NCBI RefSeq assembly: GCF_018977255.1
Contig: NW_024704742.1
Span: 26,166,001 to 26,230,000 of the forward strand
DNA from: Callorhinchus milii
Taxonomy: Eukaryota
Length of the DNA stretch: 64,000 bases
Reading direction: 5' to 3'
Below the pieces are notes generated by a model. The model did no database searches, was not told the origin of the DNA, and saw only the letters and a program-made list of their open reading frames with translations. Below are positions 38,055 through 51,730 of this stretch, in pieces (the first letter of the stretch is position 1; each line of letters begins with the position of its first letter). A program made the position numbers and the translations under genes.

Positions 38055-38580
38055 GTAACAACAACAAATTACATTGTATAATGCCTTTGTATAACGTCAG
38101 GAGATGGTCCCAAGGCGCTGGACAGTCAGAGATTTGGACCTGAGTAGGGCGTTGGGATCAGGGTGGGTGTGGAGGGCAGGGAGGGTAGGGGTGCCCTACC
38201 CTCCCTGCTCTCCATATACACACCCCCGAGGATCTTGAGACATTCTTTGAAGGAGGCAAAGGAGGAAGCAAGATGAAGGGATTGTGGGGTGGAATTCTAA
38301 AGGGCGGGGGCAGAGAGGCTGAAGACCCGACCCCTGATAGTGGGATGGGCCGGGCGGGGGATGTGGAACAGGAAACAATCGAACCAGATCAAACAAACCA
38401 TGGAAACAGATGGTGGTGGAAGTGGTGGTGGGGGGGGAGGCAGAGCCAACATTACTTTCCTGTCAATATTCTTTGGAAATATTCCCCCTGCTTGGGTCCT
38501 GACCCAACTGTGCAGCGCCTTGGGACGTCCTCCTGACGTGAAAGGCGCTTTATAAATGGAATCTTCTTGTTGTTGTTGTT
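38055..38580. mobile_element. Rearranged L2 3' ends in opposite orientations
   Basis: Minus-strand tail at 38055-38200 and plus-strand tail at 38490-38580. Confidence 0.7.
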
Positions 38581-40073
38581 GAAACGGACATCTCTGCTGA
38601 ATTGATGTAGGAAGATTGATCTGATGCAAAGAATTAAGGAGATGCTCCCCAGACCTCCACTGATTATCTCGCGTAATACATCCACACCATAATCTTCCTC
38701 AAAACACAAATTGAGGTGAGGCACAACTTTTCAAAATAAAACATTGGGTCTATTTGTGGGATTGCTTTATATTTTCCAGTACCCATGAGTACCTCACTCC
38801 AAACCAGGGGAACTCAACTCAAAAATAATCTATTTCCCAGAGCAGAGTACCTCTGGTTCAATGGGAATTCTAACAGGATTCCTTGTTACCTTTTCTCCAC
38901 ACTCAAGCACTTCTGTAGCAGTCACTGGTGAGTGCTGAATAGTGGGTACTTGATGTTTTGCCTGCTTGCCAAAGGTTCTAAGGTCACTTGAAGCACCCTG
39001 ACTGCTGACCAGCCTGAGACCAGCTAACATACTATGCACCAGAGATTACAACTGAAGCACCACTTGATCTGTGTGATTCAGTTCCACACCTCAAAATGTT
39101 TGAACCTACTGAGCCTCAGGGAGAAGTCAGTTGAAAAGGCTCAGGATGGAAAACAACTTACAAAAGCAATATCTAACCGTTAAACCAGTTTCAGGATCAA
39201 CACATAAATAGCGAATTCACACCTGCATTCTGAACTCTTCTTTATTTCTTCTACACATAAATTAACGCCAAAAAAGTAAAATCAAGTGCTGGGTACATGT
39301 TGATGAGAGTTCAGTCTGTTTCAGGAACTACAATCTGTCAACCTCAATCTGAACTAGGGCACTGCACCACACAATAAGGTGGAGTCTCTGCTGACATTGA
39401 TCTTAGGGTTAATAGCAAAATCTTTGTAGGATTCCTACTTGCAGTCCTCACTCTCCGCTTGACCTCCAGTGAAAGTCATGACAGGTTCCCATTATTAATG
39501 ACATTATTCATCATTATACTAAGAGTTATCTTAAACTTGAAAATGAAAACACACCATTGATGCTAATGTTGGAGAATGGAACATGTAACCACTCCCTGAG
39601 GAAATCGTGTACCTTTAAACTGAATTAATAGCAACGCAATATAATGGGTACATTCTAATGGGGTCATTTACTCAGCACCTTTAAATCAAAGTATAAATTT
39701 GGATTTGAGGCAATAATCTTCTTTTCCAAATTTGCTAATAGGGTTTGAGAGTATTATGAGCTCCTCTACAATGGATTGTGTTTGCAGGAATACTTAATTG
39801 TCCTGAAATGGTTAGTTCCCTCTCTCCCCAGAAACCAGAGCAATCTTAACTGCACTATCTGTAATGGAAAATAGCACGTGCATATTGTTACAGATGTGCA
39901 GCAGAAAAATTGTCTAAGTTACAGGAAAGCATCCATATAACCTAGGGTGAAACACTTTCTCCATCTCGAACAAAAGTGGTGCTCTTCATGGTGTAAATAT
40001 TGGACAAAGCAAAACAATCGCATGATCTTGTATAAAACACAAAAGATATTTGACAAATCACAAAGACACTTAC

Positions 40074-40157
40074 CACTTTTTGCTTTAATGTTTTTGGCAA
40101 TCCAATGTTGACTTCTTCAAGAAAGCTGACTGGTGCAAGACCTCGCCTCCCATTGAC
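40074..40157 (-). CDS. RIMBP-like exon, end of SH3-b (VNGRRGLAPVSFLEEVNIGLPKTLKQKV)
   Basis: 84 nt, TTTGCAG acceptor, GTG|GTAAGT donor; NG..GL.P..FLEEV matches the last RIMBP SH3. Confidence 0.88.
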
Positions 40158-40184
40158 CTGCAAATAAAGATATAATTATTAATA

Positions 40185-40520
40185 AAAATAATGCTTGTAT
40201 TTTTATACAGTGCCTTATGTCATCAAAATGTCTCAAAGCAATTTACAAGATTTACAGTAAAGTGCAGTGACTGTGCATTGTGGAGGCAAATGCAGCAGCC
40301 AATTTGTGCACAACAATGTCCCACAAACAGCCATGAAGTAAATGACCATTTTGGGGGGATTGTTGGCCAAGATATCAGGAGAAACTACCTTTTTTTTAAT
40401 AGTGCCATGGGATGTTTAACACCTAAACAGGTAGAATTTTAATATCAGTTTAATATCTCATCCGAAGTACAGCACCTCTGACAATGCAGTGCTCTCCCAA
40501 CTCTCTATTGGAGTATTGGA
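40185..40520 (-). mobile_element. Degraded DeuSINE-like element
   Basis: Reverse match to Deu core and tail. Confidence 0.65.
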
Positions 40521-43500
40521 ATACATTTATTCATCACACCAGGAAGTAAAAGGTATCAGTAACTTTTTTTCTATACATCACTGGGAATAGTAGTCATATA
40601 ATGTTAAACTTTTGCTCTTTACATAAAAAAACTGTGAAGTGCTTTGCGATGTTTTGACAAAATAAGACCCTATAACAAATACAAATGACTATGCTCCTTG
40701 GCCGGTGCGGGGAGCTAAACGGGATCTCCTTAGCGCTGAGCTGACTCCAAAGTGACACAGTTGGCAACAGAATGTTGGAATCGAGTCAACCCTCTGTGGT
40801 GGTCTGTCATCCAGGTGGATCCACATTACAGCGCTCTCTGGGCAGTGCTGATAACCAGCCAGCCTGGTTCATCAGCAGTACTTGAAAAAGCAGTGCGGTT
40901 TACTGGGCCTAGGGATTCTTGCCACTTGGCTCCTATGAACCCTGTAAGCTAAAGCACTAAAGGGTAGGCTGCAGAAGAAAATCCAGCTCACATAAATTAT
41001 TTTGGATGATATAATTAATTACATAAATAGATGTTAACTGACGAAAATTAGCACAGTTGTGTCATGGATTAAGAAGGTTTAAGATGGGTTAAAACTACAA
41101 CCTCAACTGGATATAGGAAAGGACACCCAGTGTGTGTTACTGTTCTGTAGCCTGAGGGGAACAGAAGCAGTTCTTTTACAATGTTGGAGCTCAGTGCATT
41201 TCCCAGCCAAACGTTTCCAGCCAATGCTAAGCATGAACAAAGCCATCTTTGTACCATAAGTATAATAAAGAGAGTCAAACTGCACTGGTAATGCTTTACA
41301 CCATCTTCAATTAAATAGCCAGCCAATTCTCTGATGGAAAACATGCTGGGCTCAAACCCTCTCTCGAAGACTTTACAAAAAGACAGACTTCAAAAAAAGA
41401 CAAACTGTACAAATAGAAACTGTATAAAAGAACTGGAAAACATCCAGTAACATCAGAAAAGCTGAATGAAAAAAAACATAACACTCATTTAAAACGAATC
41501 TCCAAATAGGCCTGCTTATTTGATCCTGGGTCGATTTTGTTTCCCCCACTGTCCATCCTTATTAATCTTTATTGATTGCAAACTCCCAATAGATCTCCCA
41601 GTACGTTAGATGGATAATTGATTTCACCGCTGATTAATAGTACTTTACAGCAACAATAATTTCTATCTATATAATGAGGTACTTTGCTTGCATTTGAAAT
41701 GAAGGTTGGGTTGCTGAGGTAAGGAGATTGTGCAGGCCCTGAATGAAACTATTATCCTCCCACTCCTGCACACATCTGTCACCAACATATTTAAACTATT
41801 GCAAATGCACTGTGCTTGGCACAGGAAATTACAGCTTCATCTACAACCTTTTCTTTACTCTTTTAAAGGGTTGCATCAAAACAGACGCAGGCTCTCACTT
41901 GCAATTTCAGCTTCTAATGTGTTGAATAGAAATTACCCGAATGTGCAGGAGTCAGACACCAACAGTGCTCCAGAAGTTAACGACTATGAAGCCATATGAA
42001 GACATTTTATTTCTGGCTCGGAGATGGCAGCTTTTAACTGCCAATTAGCAGGAGAGCTGCTTTAACCAAAGTATTCAGAGTAAAGCCACTAACTAGCGAA
42101 TGAAAAAGTTTATTATATTCATATTGTGACATTCACATTGGGAGACATCTTAAAGCACTTAACAAAAATGATCTTAAAATGTATGCCCCACAGTGATCAA
42201 CTCAAGACCGGTGGAACTAGTTTCTCCCTATTTATCATAGCAAAACTTTGCTGCAACTTCCTTCAAAAAATAATAATAAATTGGTCACTCAATCCATAAC
42301 TGTTTGTGGGACACTGCTGTGTGCAATTGGCTGCCGTGTTTTGCCCACAAAGTATACAGTCAATTCACTGTACAGTATTTTCTGTGAAGTGCTTTGAGAC
42401 GTCTCGAACATGTGATAAGGTTCTATATCCAATGCAAGAATTATTATTATTAACTTGCTATTTGCATCTTATTGATAAGACAATGTGTAGATCTGTTTGA
42501 GGCCATCTTTCTCCCACTATTAAAAGAGGATGCTTTCAAATAGAACAGTGAATAACAGGAAAATGGATTTTGATACCTTGCCTTGTAAGTAGACCGTTTT
42601 TTAAATTTGGCTGTCAGAATTTCCACAGCAACAACTTGTCACAGCTCAGTCCTGTAAGTGTTGCCATGGTAATTATGATTGCTCATCCGAAAATATGCTA
42701 ATAATATACACTGGATAAATCTTTGCGATCAATATCCTCCTGCTGCTTAGGCAGTGTCAGAATTAGCAATCTAATGTTAATTCAAATAGCCAACGGGCTA
42801 ATCACTTTGGAAATAAACTGAACAAATTAACTCACGTAATTTCTGCTGGAGAGGCACATGTTTTTGGGTGGGAACTATAACATTCACTTGGTAATCATTT
42901 CAACATTAGGATTGGTTATAGGTTTGTTACAGACATAATGAAGTTGAAAAAGAGCTGGTTGAGCAGCATAACTGACACCTTGAAATGGAAAAATGCCTCA
43001 AGACAACAGGTGCATCTCTTACAAAGTGCCTCTTTGTACATCAGTCAGAGTTCCACATGTGTATGCTGCCTGCACATGGAAATTCCTGTGTCTGAAATGG
43101 AATACACAATGTTTCCCCAGAGAAATTCACCCTGCTTACCTAATTGCAAAGAGTGTTAGGTGCAGGTTGGCAAGAACCAAGGCTTGGGGTCCCCAGAGTG
43201 TTTAGTGTGGTACTGCTGGAATCTAACCAACTAAAACCGCATAGCTCGCCATTGAAAGCACTACCTGGCAAACTTCCCGCTGCTTGTCCAGCTAGGACCA
43301 CCCAAGTGGCTTTGGCCATGAGGGCTTTGGCCTGCAGGGTTAACAGGAGCTAATGGGAAGAGTCCCTGCTCCCAATGACTGGTCTGCAACCGGTAATGAA
43401 TTAGTTCATCTACAAGGAAACCCTGCTTCCCTTCCTCTCCCCCCCCCCCCCCCCAGGGACATGATCATGGACCCCTTGTGAGAAAAGAAATGATATTCAT

Positions 43501-44209
43501 CACAGCACATTGCTGGTGTTGAATTATTTGTTTTAAACACTTGCAACTTGCTTTGAATCTTTTTTTAAATGACTTTTAATTTATCGTCCAAAGAAAATCA
43601 AAAACTCATATTGCTTTATATTCGTTAACTGCACTCAGCTTTCTCACCTGGGAGTTAATAAACCTGAAGAAAACACATAAACCAGCACTGAAGATTGCTT
43701 TATGGGGAATAGAGCAAAGAGAGGAACTTAATCCTTATCAGGTTAACATCAGTAAATTTGATCATGTTAACGACCTATCTATATAACAAATTGATGTAGC
43801 AACTAGACATGTCAGGATATATAACAGTTGAAATTTGGTTTGCTGGGTGTGTTATTGATTCGGCGCTGTTCAACCTACAGACCAAAACCCCACTATAACA
43901 CAGCAATTGCGGTTTATAAAATGTCAGAATGTATTGTAGTGCGGCCCTGGGAAACACTTCTGGGGATATCAAAATAATCATAATTATAATAATCTTTGTA
44001 CTTGATATAGCACTTTTTATGTCATTGAGATAAAATAATAAGATCACTGCTGACATCACCGAACTCCACTGAGCAGCACATTGTCCACAGGAAACTGGCC
44101 AGTCAGTGCCAGAAGCAGGAAGGCTACTGCATCTCAGTGTTTCCATGATATATATATGAAACTGCAGTATAACGCGGTCAGACTTTTTAAAACATGATCA
44201 ACTGCTTAC

Positions 44210-44344
44210 CTCGGCCTCACAGAAACCATCTCTCCTTTGCTTTCCAAATGTCCAAACAATGTCCCCTTCTTTAAAGGCTAGTTCCTGACTAGGATGGATA
44301 TTGGGACTGTCTTGCAACGGGTGATAGTCATAAATTGCAAGGAA
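44210..44344 (-). CDS. RIMBP-like exon, SH3-b (FLAIYDYHPLQDSPNIHPSQELAFKEGDIVWTFGKQRRDGFCEAE)
   Basis: 135 nt, CTTTTCTAG acceptor, GAG|GTAAGC donor; ALYDY.P...SPN....EL.F..GD....DGF pattern typical of RIMBP SH3 domains; not in the ORF track. Confidence 0.9.
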
Positions 44345-47300
44345 CTAGAAAAGATAAACGGAAACAAAATACTCAGAATCAATACTAATTATCATGTGAT
44401 GTTATGGTTGTGGAGGTGTTGAGTATTTTAGAATATTTTCTGGATCACTAGCCAGACCTGGATATGGTTATTACATTTGTACATCATTGACAGTGGAATA
44501 TACAATAGCTTCCAAAAGCATATAAAGTACTTGTGCTTTGCAGGGCATATTGCAGATGAATCATAGGTTAAGTGTCCTAGCCTCTCACTAGACAAGTCAT
44601 TAACAGTTGCATTATTTTACATATTGGAGCATTTTAAGACTTTAGTAATTCCCTCAAGGTTTTCAAGATTTGCTCAGAGACCCTGAACAGATCTTGAAAA
44701 CCGTTGAAGATGTTACTTTAATATCTATAATAGGAATCTGAGCTGAGTTACAACAGATCGGCCTTGACACATCTTGGACTCACTAGTTAGGGTTCCTTTT
44801 GTGATTTAGACCTCGCTATTGCAATTGTCTTATTCACAAGGTTCCACCTCAAAGCTTTGGATTCAACCTTTCTAGATACGGCAATAATTGCATTGCTATT
44901 TGCTGTCTTCTAACTGTTTGTTTACACACATAATGTGGATTCCTTCATGTGCCCACTGGGCTGAAAGCAAAAACATATACTTCGAACAGGCGGTCAAAGT
45001 CAGGGCTCCACGAAGCAGCACCATTCATTGAATTATTTGAAAGTGTGAGGAGAAGGCACGACAGAGCAGTGGATAGAGTTGCAGTTTGTGTTCTAGGAGC
45101 TTGCTGGTTTGAATGCCAGTAGGTGCTGAGATTGCAGGTCTCAGCCAGTGCTGCAATAGGAGGTAAAATCAGCCCCAACCTTCCCAGGGGAGTGAGGGAG
45201 GGGGTCCTACTACTGGTCCCTCTTCAGAACCCTCTACTAGTTGTGTGTTTTGTGTAGTAGAGGTGAGAGAGGTCACTCTCTGCTGTGAAGCCCTGTACAG
45301 TTGAGTGGCCTGCTGACACTCACTGGCGTGGCTCACCTGTGAACACCAGTCACTTGGGCGGAGCGCAGGAGGGCAACCATGACCTGTGGAAATGCACCAA
45401 AGCAGGTCAGACCGGCATCAGAAAGGCATTTACAAGTGGGAAGGGAATTAGAAAAATAATTGGACACATTTATTTTAGATAAAAAAAGAAAACAATGGTA
45501 ATCTAAGAAGCAGGCAATATAGACAAGGAACAGCCAAACACTTATCTAGGGCAACTATTTCTAGGACATGCCTCTTATTCTACAGTTCTCCTTCAACATT
45601 AATAGATGTCAGTTTGATATATATATATATATTCAGCAACTCAGCCTGAATTAATAACGAGGCTGATCAGCTGAGTCAAGCTCTGTGATACGCAGCCTCC
45701 ATTCCTCAGGTTAGTCGATGTTCAGTAAGAGGCTGAAACCCCTTGGGTAGGTTATTATAACTAATTAAGAAATAGGAAGTAAAGCCAGTATCCTGCAGCT
45801 CAATGAGTTGGAAGTGTAATGCACAGTGCGATCAGCCTGTCAAGTATGGCCATTAAGAAGAACGTATTATAGGAATGGGGGAGGGGAAGAGCAGGTCGAG
45901 GTCTCTGTCTAACACCCAGAGACCATTCAGTTTGATAAATATCATAACGTTGCTCATTTCAACATCACAATTTTCACCACTTTTGTTTCTGTTCTTGTGG
46001 ACAAACTAATTTCATTTTTATACCATTTTAAATTAAGCCGCATTGGCAAGTTGCACAGTCTGCTCTGAGACCCTACCCCTGAGTGGAAGGCGTTAGCTAC
46101 ATAAGTGCAAGTCGTTGTTGTTGCTCTCCACTGTGTTGCACAGTCTGCTTTATGTTTGAAAGTGTGGCAGTAGAACAATCCGAGGACATCAGCAGCAACA
46201 ACAAATTACATTACATTTTACATCAGCACAAAACTCAGTGCTCTGTGTCAATCTGTACTGCAGGTAGTGAAAGATATTACTTGAAGGTTACAATGAACCA
46301 TGAAACTCCGTCTGTTGGAACCATTTTCAGAAACAAAAAGTAATTTATTTACCTGCTCTGTTCATGTGAATGAATCAACTTTGTTTTAAAGACCATTTAT
46401 TTCTAAGTTTCAAAGAGCAGTATGAAGATACGGCTGAATCCTTGCTCCCAAAACACCCCAAATATCAACCGAGTGTGACTGTCAATCATCCTCGCTTGTT
46501 CAGGTTAAAAAAGATTAACTCTTCAATTATCAATATGGATCACCGTGGCAAAAATCACATGACTTTCCCCAAGGGAGATAGCTCGGCCACAAACACCAGC
46601 ATAAAAAGGAATAAAAACACAAATGCAGGACATCTACAGCAGGTCAGTTTACAGCACAGAAAGGAGCCACTCAGGCAGATGTGTCAATGCAGTTGCTAGC
46701 TGACTTCCTAACTGGAGCGATTTGCTCTCATCCTTGTTCACCCCTCGCCCCTCTATTTCCTTGTAACCTTTAAAAGGGGGCATAATCTTACAAGGGGACA
46801 TAATTACAATCGTACAAGGGGCCATAATCTTAAAATAAGAGCTTGGCCATTTAAGGAGTGGAATCAGAAAGCATGTGTTCATGCAAAGGGTAGTAGAGAT
46901 CTGGAACTCTCTTCCCCAAGACTGAGGTGAATAGATTTCTTTTTAGGTCACGGTATCAAGGGATATGGGGCGGGTAATTGAAGTTGAGTTACAAATCAGC
47001 CATAATCTTATAGAATGGTGGGACAGTCTCGAGAGGCTGAATGGCTTATCCCTGTTCCACAAACTGTTTTTCTTCAACAGTCATTTATGGTGAGGCTTTC
47101 CACATTGTAAGAACCCACTGTCACAATGCACTTTTTCAGTCCCATTATGTTAGTTGTGCTGAAGAGGACCATGGAACCATATAAATTTATAGCACAGAAG
47201 AAGGCCATTTGGCCCATCGCATCTGTGCTGGTTCTTTGAAAAGCACTATTAAGGTGTAGAGACTTAATAGGTTTCAGTCTGATGAACCTCGATCAACACT

Positions 47301-47455
47301 CATGAAATTTCTCAACAAAATAAAATGATTCTGGTAAAATACAGAGTGTCAAAAGGTGGGTATAGTGGAACTTATTAAGTTGATTTGCAAAGAGTTTTTG
47401 GCAATTAGGTGCACCATTTCCAAGAGTTGTAATGGTTAGCAACATAAGAGCATAA

Positions 47456-47765
47456 GAGTCCCGTAGCTCAGTGGTTAGAGCGCTTGCTTTGCACGCAAGA
47501 GACCTGGGTTCGATTTCCACAGGGTGAAACCTTGGCAAGTTTCCTTACTCCATGTGCCTGATAATAATCCCTCAAGAAAAAATAAACAATAATAAATTGG
47601 TCACTTCAATCCATGACTGTTTGTGGGACACTGTTGTGCGCAATTGGCTGCCGCATTTCGCCCACAAATATAGTCAATTCACTTTACAGTCTATTCTGCA
47701 AAGTGCTTTGAGACGTCTAGAAGATGTGGAAAGCGCTATATCGAATGCAATAATTATTATTATTC
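47456..47765 (+). mobile_element. tRNA-derived SINE
   Basis: A/B boxes and family tail. Confidence 0.88.
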
Positions 47766-47864
47766 TAATTCACCTTCCACCTTCCTGGTGGTTGTATGTC
47801 CCGAACGACCTATGTACTACATCCCATAATGTTATTTCCTAAAAGAAAACTATGTAACTTCCTG

Positions 47865-48548
47865 CTTCAACCCCTTCCCCACATCCGGTCCCTGACCAGA
47901 CCGCCTTCATCCACCTCTGCCACATTGCTCACCTACGACCGTACCTTACCCCAAATGCAGCAGAAACCCTTGTGCAAGCATTTGTCACCATCCACCTGGA
48001 TTACCCAAACGCACTCCTTGCCGGTCTTCCCAGCTCCACTATTCAAAAAATCCAGCTCATTCAGAATTCTGCTACCCGCATACTTACCTGGACCAAACTC
48101 TGTACCCCGATCTCACCAGTTCTGGCCAGTCTCCACTGGCTCCCCATCACCAAACCGATGGACTTCAAGATCCTCACTCTCGTGTTCAAATCCTTTCACT
48201 CCCTGGCACCTGCCTACCTCTCTGACTTCCTCACTGCCCAATCCACCACAAAGCACCCCCGCTCGACTGGCACCGGCCTCCTGCTTGTCCTTCGCGACCT
48301 CCAACAGAAGTCACACATTCAGCCACTAAGCCCCAAAACACTGGAACACTTGCCCTCAATCCCTCTGCATTGCCCCCTCTCCTTTTTCAAGTCCTCTCCC
48401 CTTTTTCAAGTCCCCCCTGAAAACCTTCCTTTTCGACCGTGCTTACGGTCATCTCCCCCCTCCCCGGCTCAGAGTCAGGCTCCACCACTGTTAAGCGCTC
48501 TGAGATGCTACCCTGCGTGGAGGGCACTATATAAGTGAAGCTTTTGTT
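47865..48548 (+). mobile_element. L2 3' fragment
   Basis: AFVT..LDY.NALLAGLP...IQNSA.R.LT; L2 tail. Confidence 0.88.
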
Positions 48549-49814
48549 GTCTCCCTAGGGAGCCTGTTCCACAGGAATTTACACCCCTGCAATCGCAAGT
48601 TGTGTCCTCTGGTTTTACTATTCTGGCCTAGTTGAAACAGCCAGTCATGATCTACATTGTCTAGACCCATTAGAATCTTAAAAACAGCAATCATATTACC
48701 TCTCAATCTTCTCAACAGTATTAACAATTTGAAACAGATTTCTCCCTATAATACACCATATTGCAAGAGTGTGCTGGCCCAAATTCTGCCACTGCAAATC
48801 ATGTCCCACCTGGTCTCTGTGGAAATAACAAACTTGCATCCAGCTAAGCTCCCACTGTTATGTCTTGCACTATTGCACATGTAAACAATATTTCCAAACT
48901 TTATACTCTTAATAATCAGGTTAGGTGCACTGGGGTTTACAATATATCCCAGCAAACTTTAAAACTCTCCCTATTTACACTGTCTACATCTTGTACCAGA
49001 GTAAAGAATGCTTAGGTTCTGTAACTGACACCTGAAGCCTCCATCTAATGACTGTGGAAAATCAGCTTTCAGATTAAGGCTGTATATAAAAATGTTCTAA
49101 AATTCTGCCCAATCTTGAATGTAAATTTTAAAACAATGGCTAAGGCTGGGACACCTCCCCTTCCCCTCTCCATCACCTGGTGTCCAACCTGTTCTTGTCA
49201 AGTGCTTCGAGACATTACCCTGTGCAAAGGGCACTATGCAAATGAAAGTTTTTGTTGCTGTTTTTGTAGCTCTGATCAGTAATAAATCACATCTTTTTAT
49301 ATCTGAACAAGTAATAGAGCGTGTGCTTGAAACATGGCACTGTTGCAGTTACAAAAATTCTATAAAACAAAAAGAACTTGTAAAGCCCCTATCAAAACAA
49401 CTTACATTTATATGGCAGCTTTCACACAAAGAGCACTTATAGTCCTATGATGGGTAAAGGTCTTCAAGCTCTTAACAGTAATTACTAGTATATACAGTGA
49501 CGTTTTTTGTGAATAATTCTGTAGCCATTTTACTCACAGCAAAGTTCTCAGACCTGAGGTGAATGCCTACTTATTTTAGTGACAAGCACACCAGGAGAAA
49601 CTCCCTTAGAGATGCTCTATAAATCCTAGTAACTAATTTAGGTTGACTTACCATTCTTGCTTTAGGATTACGTGTCGACAAGAAGGAGCAATCCTGAGAT
49701 GATTTGATTTCCTAAATTGAAAAAAGGAAATAAAGTAATTATAATCCTTGATTTGGTAAAGCAGCTTTCATGTTGGAAGGATGCCTCAAGGCACTTCACA
49801 GGACACAACAGTGT

Positions 49815-50235
49815 GTCAGCTGGACTTAGTTGGTAGCACTCTCGCCTCTGAGTCAGAAGGTTGTGGGTTCAAACCCCACATCGCGACATGAACTCACATA
49901 GTCTAGGATGCTAAGATGACACTCAACACAATGCAGTGCTGAGGGTGTATTGCATTGTCGGAGATGCTGATCTTCAGATGAGATGTTAAACTGAGGCCCA
50001 GTTTGCCTGTTCAGGTGGATGTTAAAGCTCCTATTCGAAAAGAGAAGGAAGTTTCTCCCAGTGTTCTGGCCAACAGTCCCCCATATAAAATTGGCCATTT
50101 TTTTCATGAATGTTTGCAGGCCATTGTTGTGGGCAACCGGCTGCAGCATTCACCTACAAATATACAGTTATACACTTCACAATAAATATCATGAAACGCA
50201 TTGGGACACCAAATGCAACGATTATTATTATTATG
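49815..50235 (+). mobile_element. DeuSINE-like element, near full length
   Basis: tRNA-like head GTTGGTAGCACTCTCGCCTCTGAGTCAGAAGGTTGTGGGTTCAAACCCC, Deu-like core, (ATT)n tail. Confidence 0.75.
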
Positions 50236-50629
50236 ATTATTTATACAGTAAAGTGTAGTATAGTGTATTTTATAGACAAATGCAGGAACCAATTTGCAGA
50301 CAGCAATGTCTCATAAATATTCTTGAAGTGAATAACCAATTTTATTTAGGGGATTAGTGGCTAGGGCACTGGAAGAAACTCTCTTCTCATTTTGAATAGT
50401 GTCATAAAATCTTTATCATCCACTTTAATGTCTTTTGTCTCATCAGCAATATAACACTCACTCAGCAATGCTCTGAAATGTAAGCCTAGACCATGATTTC
50501 AAAGTTCCAATGCGGGACTTGAACCCGCAAGCTTCTTACTCATAATAGATATGCCATTTCATTCGACATACAACAGCAACAAAATTACATTTGTATTGCA
50601 CTTTTCATGTCAGGAGGACATGTAACCCC

Positions 50630-50960
50630 CTACCAACCTCCACTCGGTGGGCTCCAGCCTGCTTCATGTCCCCCGCATCACCCGCCCCACCATTGGCGGG
50701 CGGGCCTTCTGCCACTCTGTCCCCACCTTCTAAAACTTCATCCTGCAGTCCCTCCACCTTGCCCCCTCCCTTGCCTCCTTCAAGATCCATCTCAAGACCC
50801 TTCTCTTCAACTGTGTGTTTTCGGTTACCCTCCTTCCCCCCCCTGCCCTCCACCCTCCCTGATCCCGACCCCCAGCTCGGGTCCGAAACACTGATTGTCC
50901 AGCACCTTGGGACATCCTCCCGATGTGAAAGGCGCTATACAAATGTAGTTTTGTTGTTTT
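50630..50960 (+). mobile_element. L2 3' end
   Basis: GGCGGGCCTTC...TTGGGACATCCTCCCGATGTGAAAGGCGCTATAC tail. Confidence 0.75.
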
Positions 50961-51541
50961 TGTTAAAATCATGTCATTGAGAGCACTCTGGCAAGTTTCC
51001 CACTGCTTGTTCAGATAGGACCACCCTATCCATTTAGGGATTTGCCTTGTAGGGTTAACAGGAGCTGAGTAGGAGAAATCCTTGCTCCAAGCATGGTTTC
51101 TGTAAAGATGATACAAACATTCTTGTGTATTTGAAGCATAAAAAGCCTTTTGAAATATAAAAGTGAAAATTGCAACCTGTCGAGGGTTGATTAACATTGG
51201 TGGTAATTATCACATTGTTGATCAATGCAGTTAAAGAGGCCAATGACTAAAGACTGGTTGAATGTGTAAGCCCTGCACCCCACCCCCACTCACATTCCAG
51301 CACATGGTTGGGCCTGATACCAGCCCACATCACAGCAATAAGTTTCTTCTTTCTTTTGTCACATTGCACACATCTGGTAAAATGGCGGGTGAGATAACTT
51401 ACCACCAACATTGTCCCTTTATTCCTTTAGCAACCAGCTGGTCGTATTAAATAATTCACTTAACTAGCTCCCTCAGGCATTTTTAATGAAGAAGCAAATG
51501 TTTCAATAGAAAGCCAAGCACAGGCTGCAAAAGATACATAC

Positions 51542-51730
51542 CTGAAATTTCTCAGAGCAGTCACTGGGGTGACTGGCTGGTGAAAGACAGGACAGTTCAG
51601 ACAAAGCCTTCTTTTGTGGTTGGCAGTTCTGAAAGAGGACAGTAACCTTCCCAGACACCAGACCATTGGTTCCGACTGTCTGAACACTGACTTGAAATGG
51701 TACAGTCAGGTCAAGATCTTCCAGCACAGT
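51542..51730 (-). CDS. RIMBP-like exon, FN3 C-half and linker (TVLEDLDLTVPFQVSVQTVGTNGLVSGKVTVLFQ...SEKFQ)
   Basis: 189 nt, AACAG acceptor, CAG|GTATGT donor, phase 0/0; L..L....(Y/F).VSVQ....G..S FN3 strand F/G pattern. Confidence 0.83.

Noticed and set aside
39942..40073. ORF continuation past the final SH3 exon (VSVFVICQ...)
   Set aside because: A consensus GTAAGT donor at 40073 indicates intron
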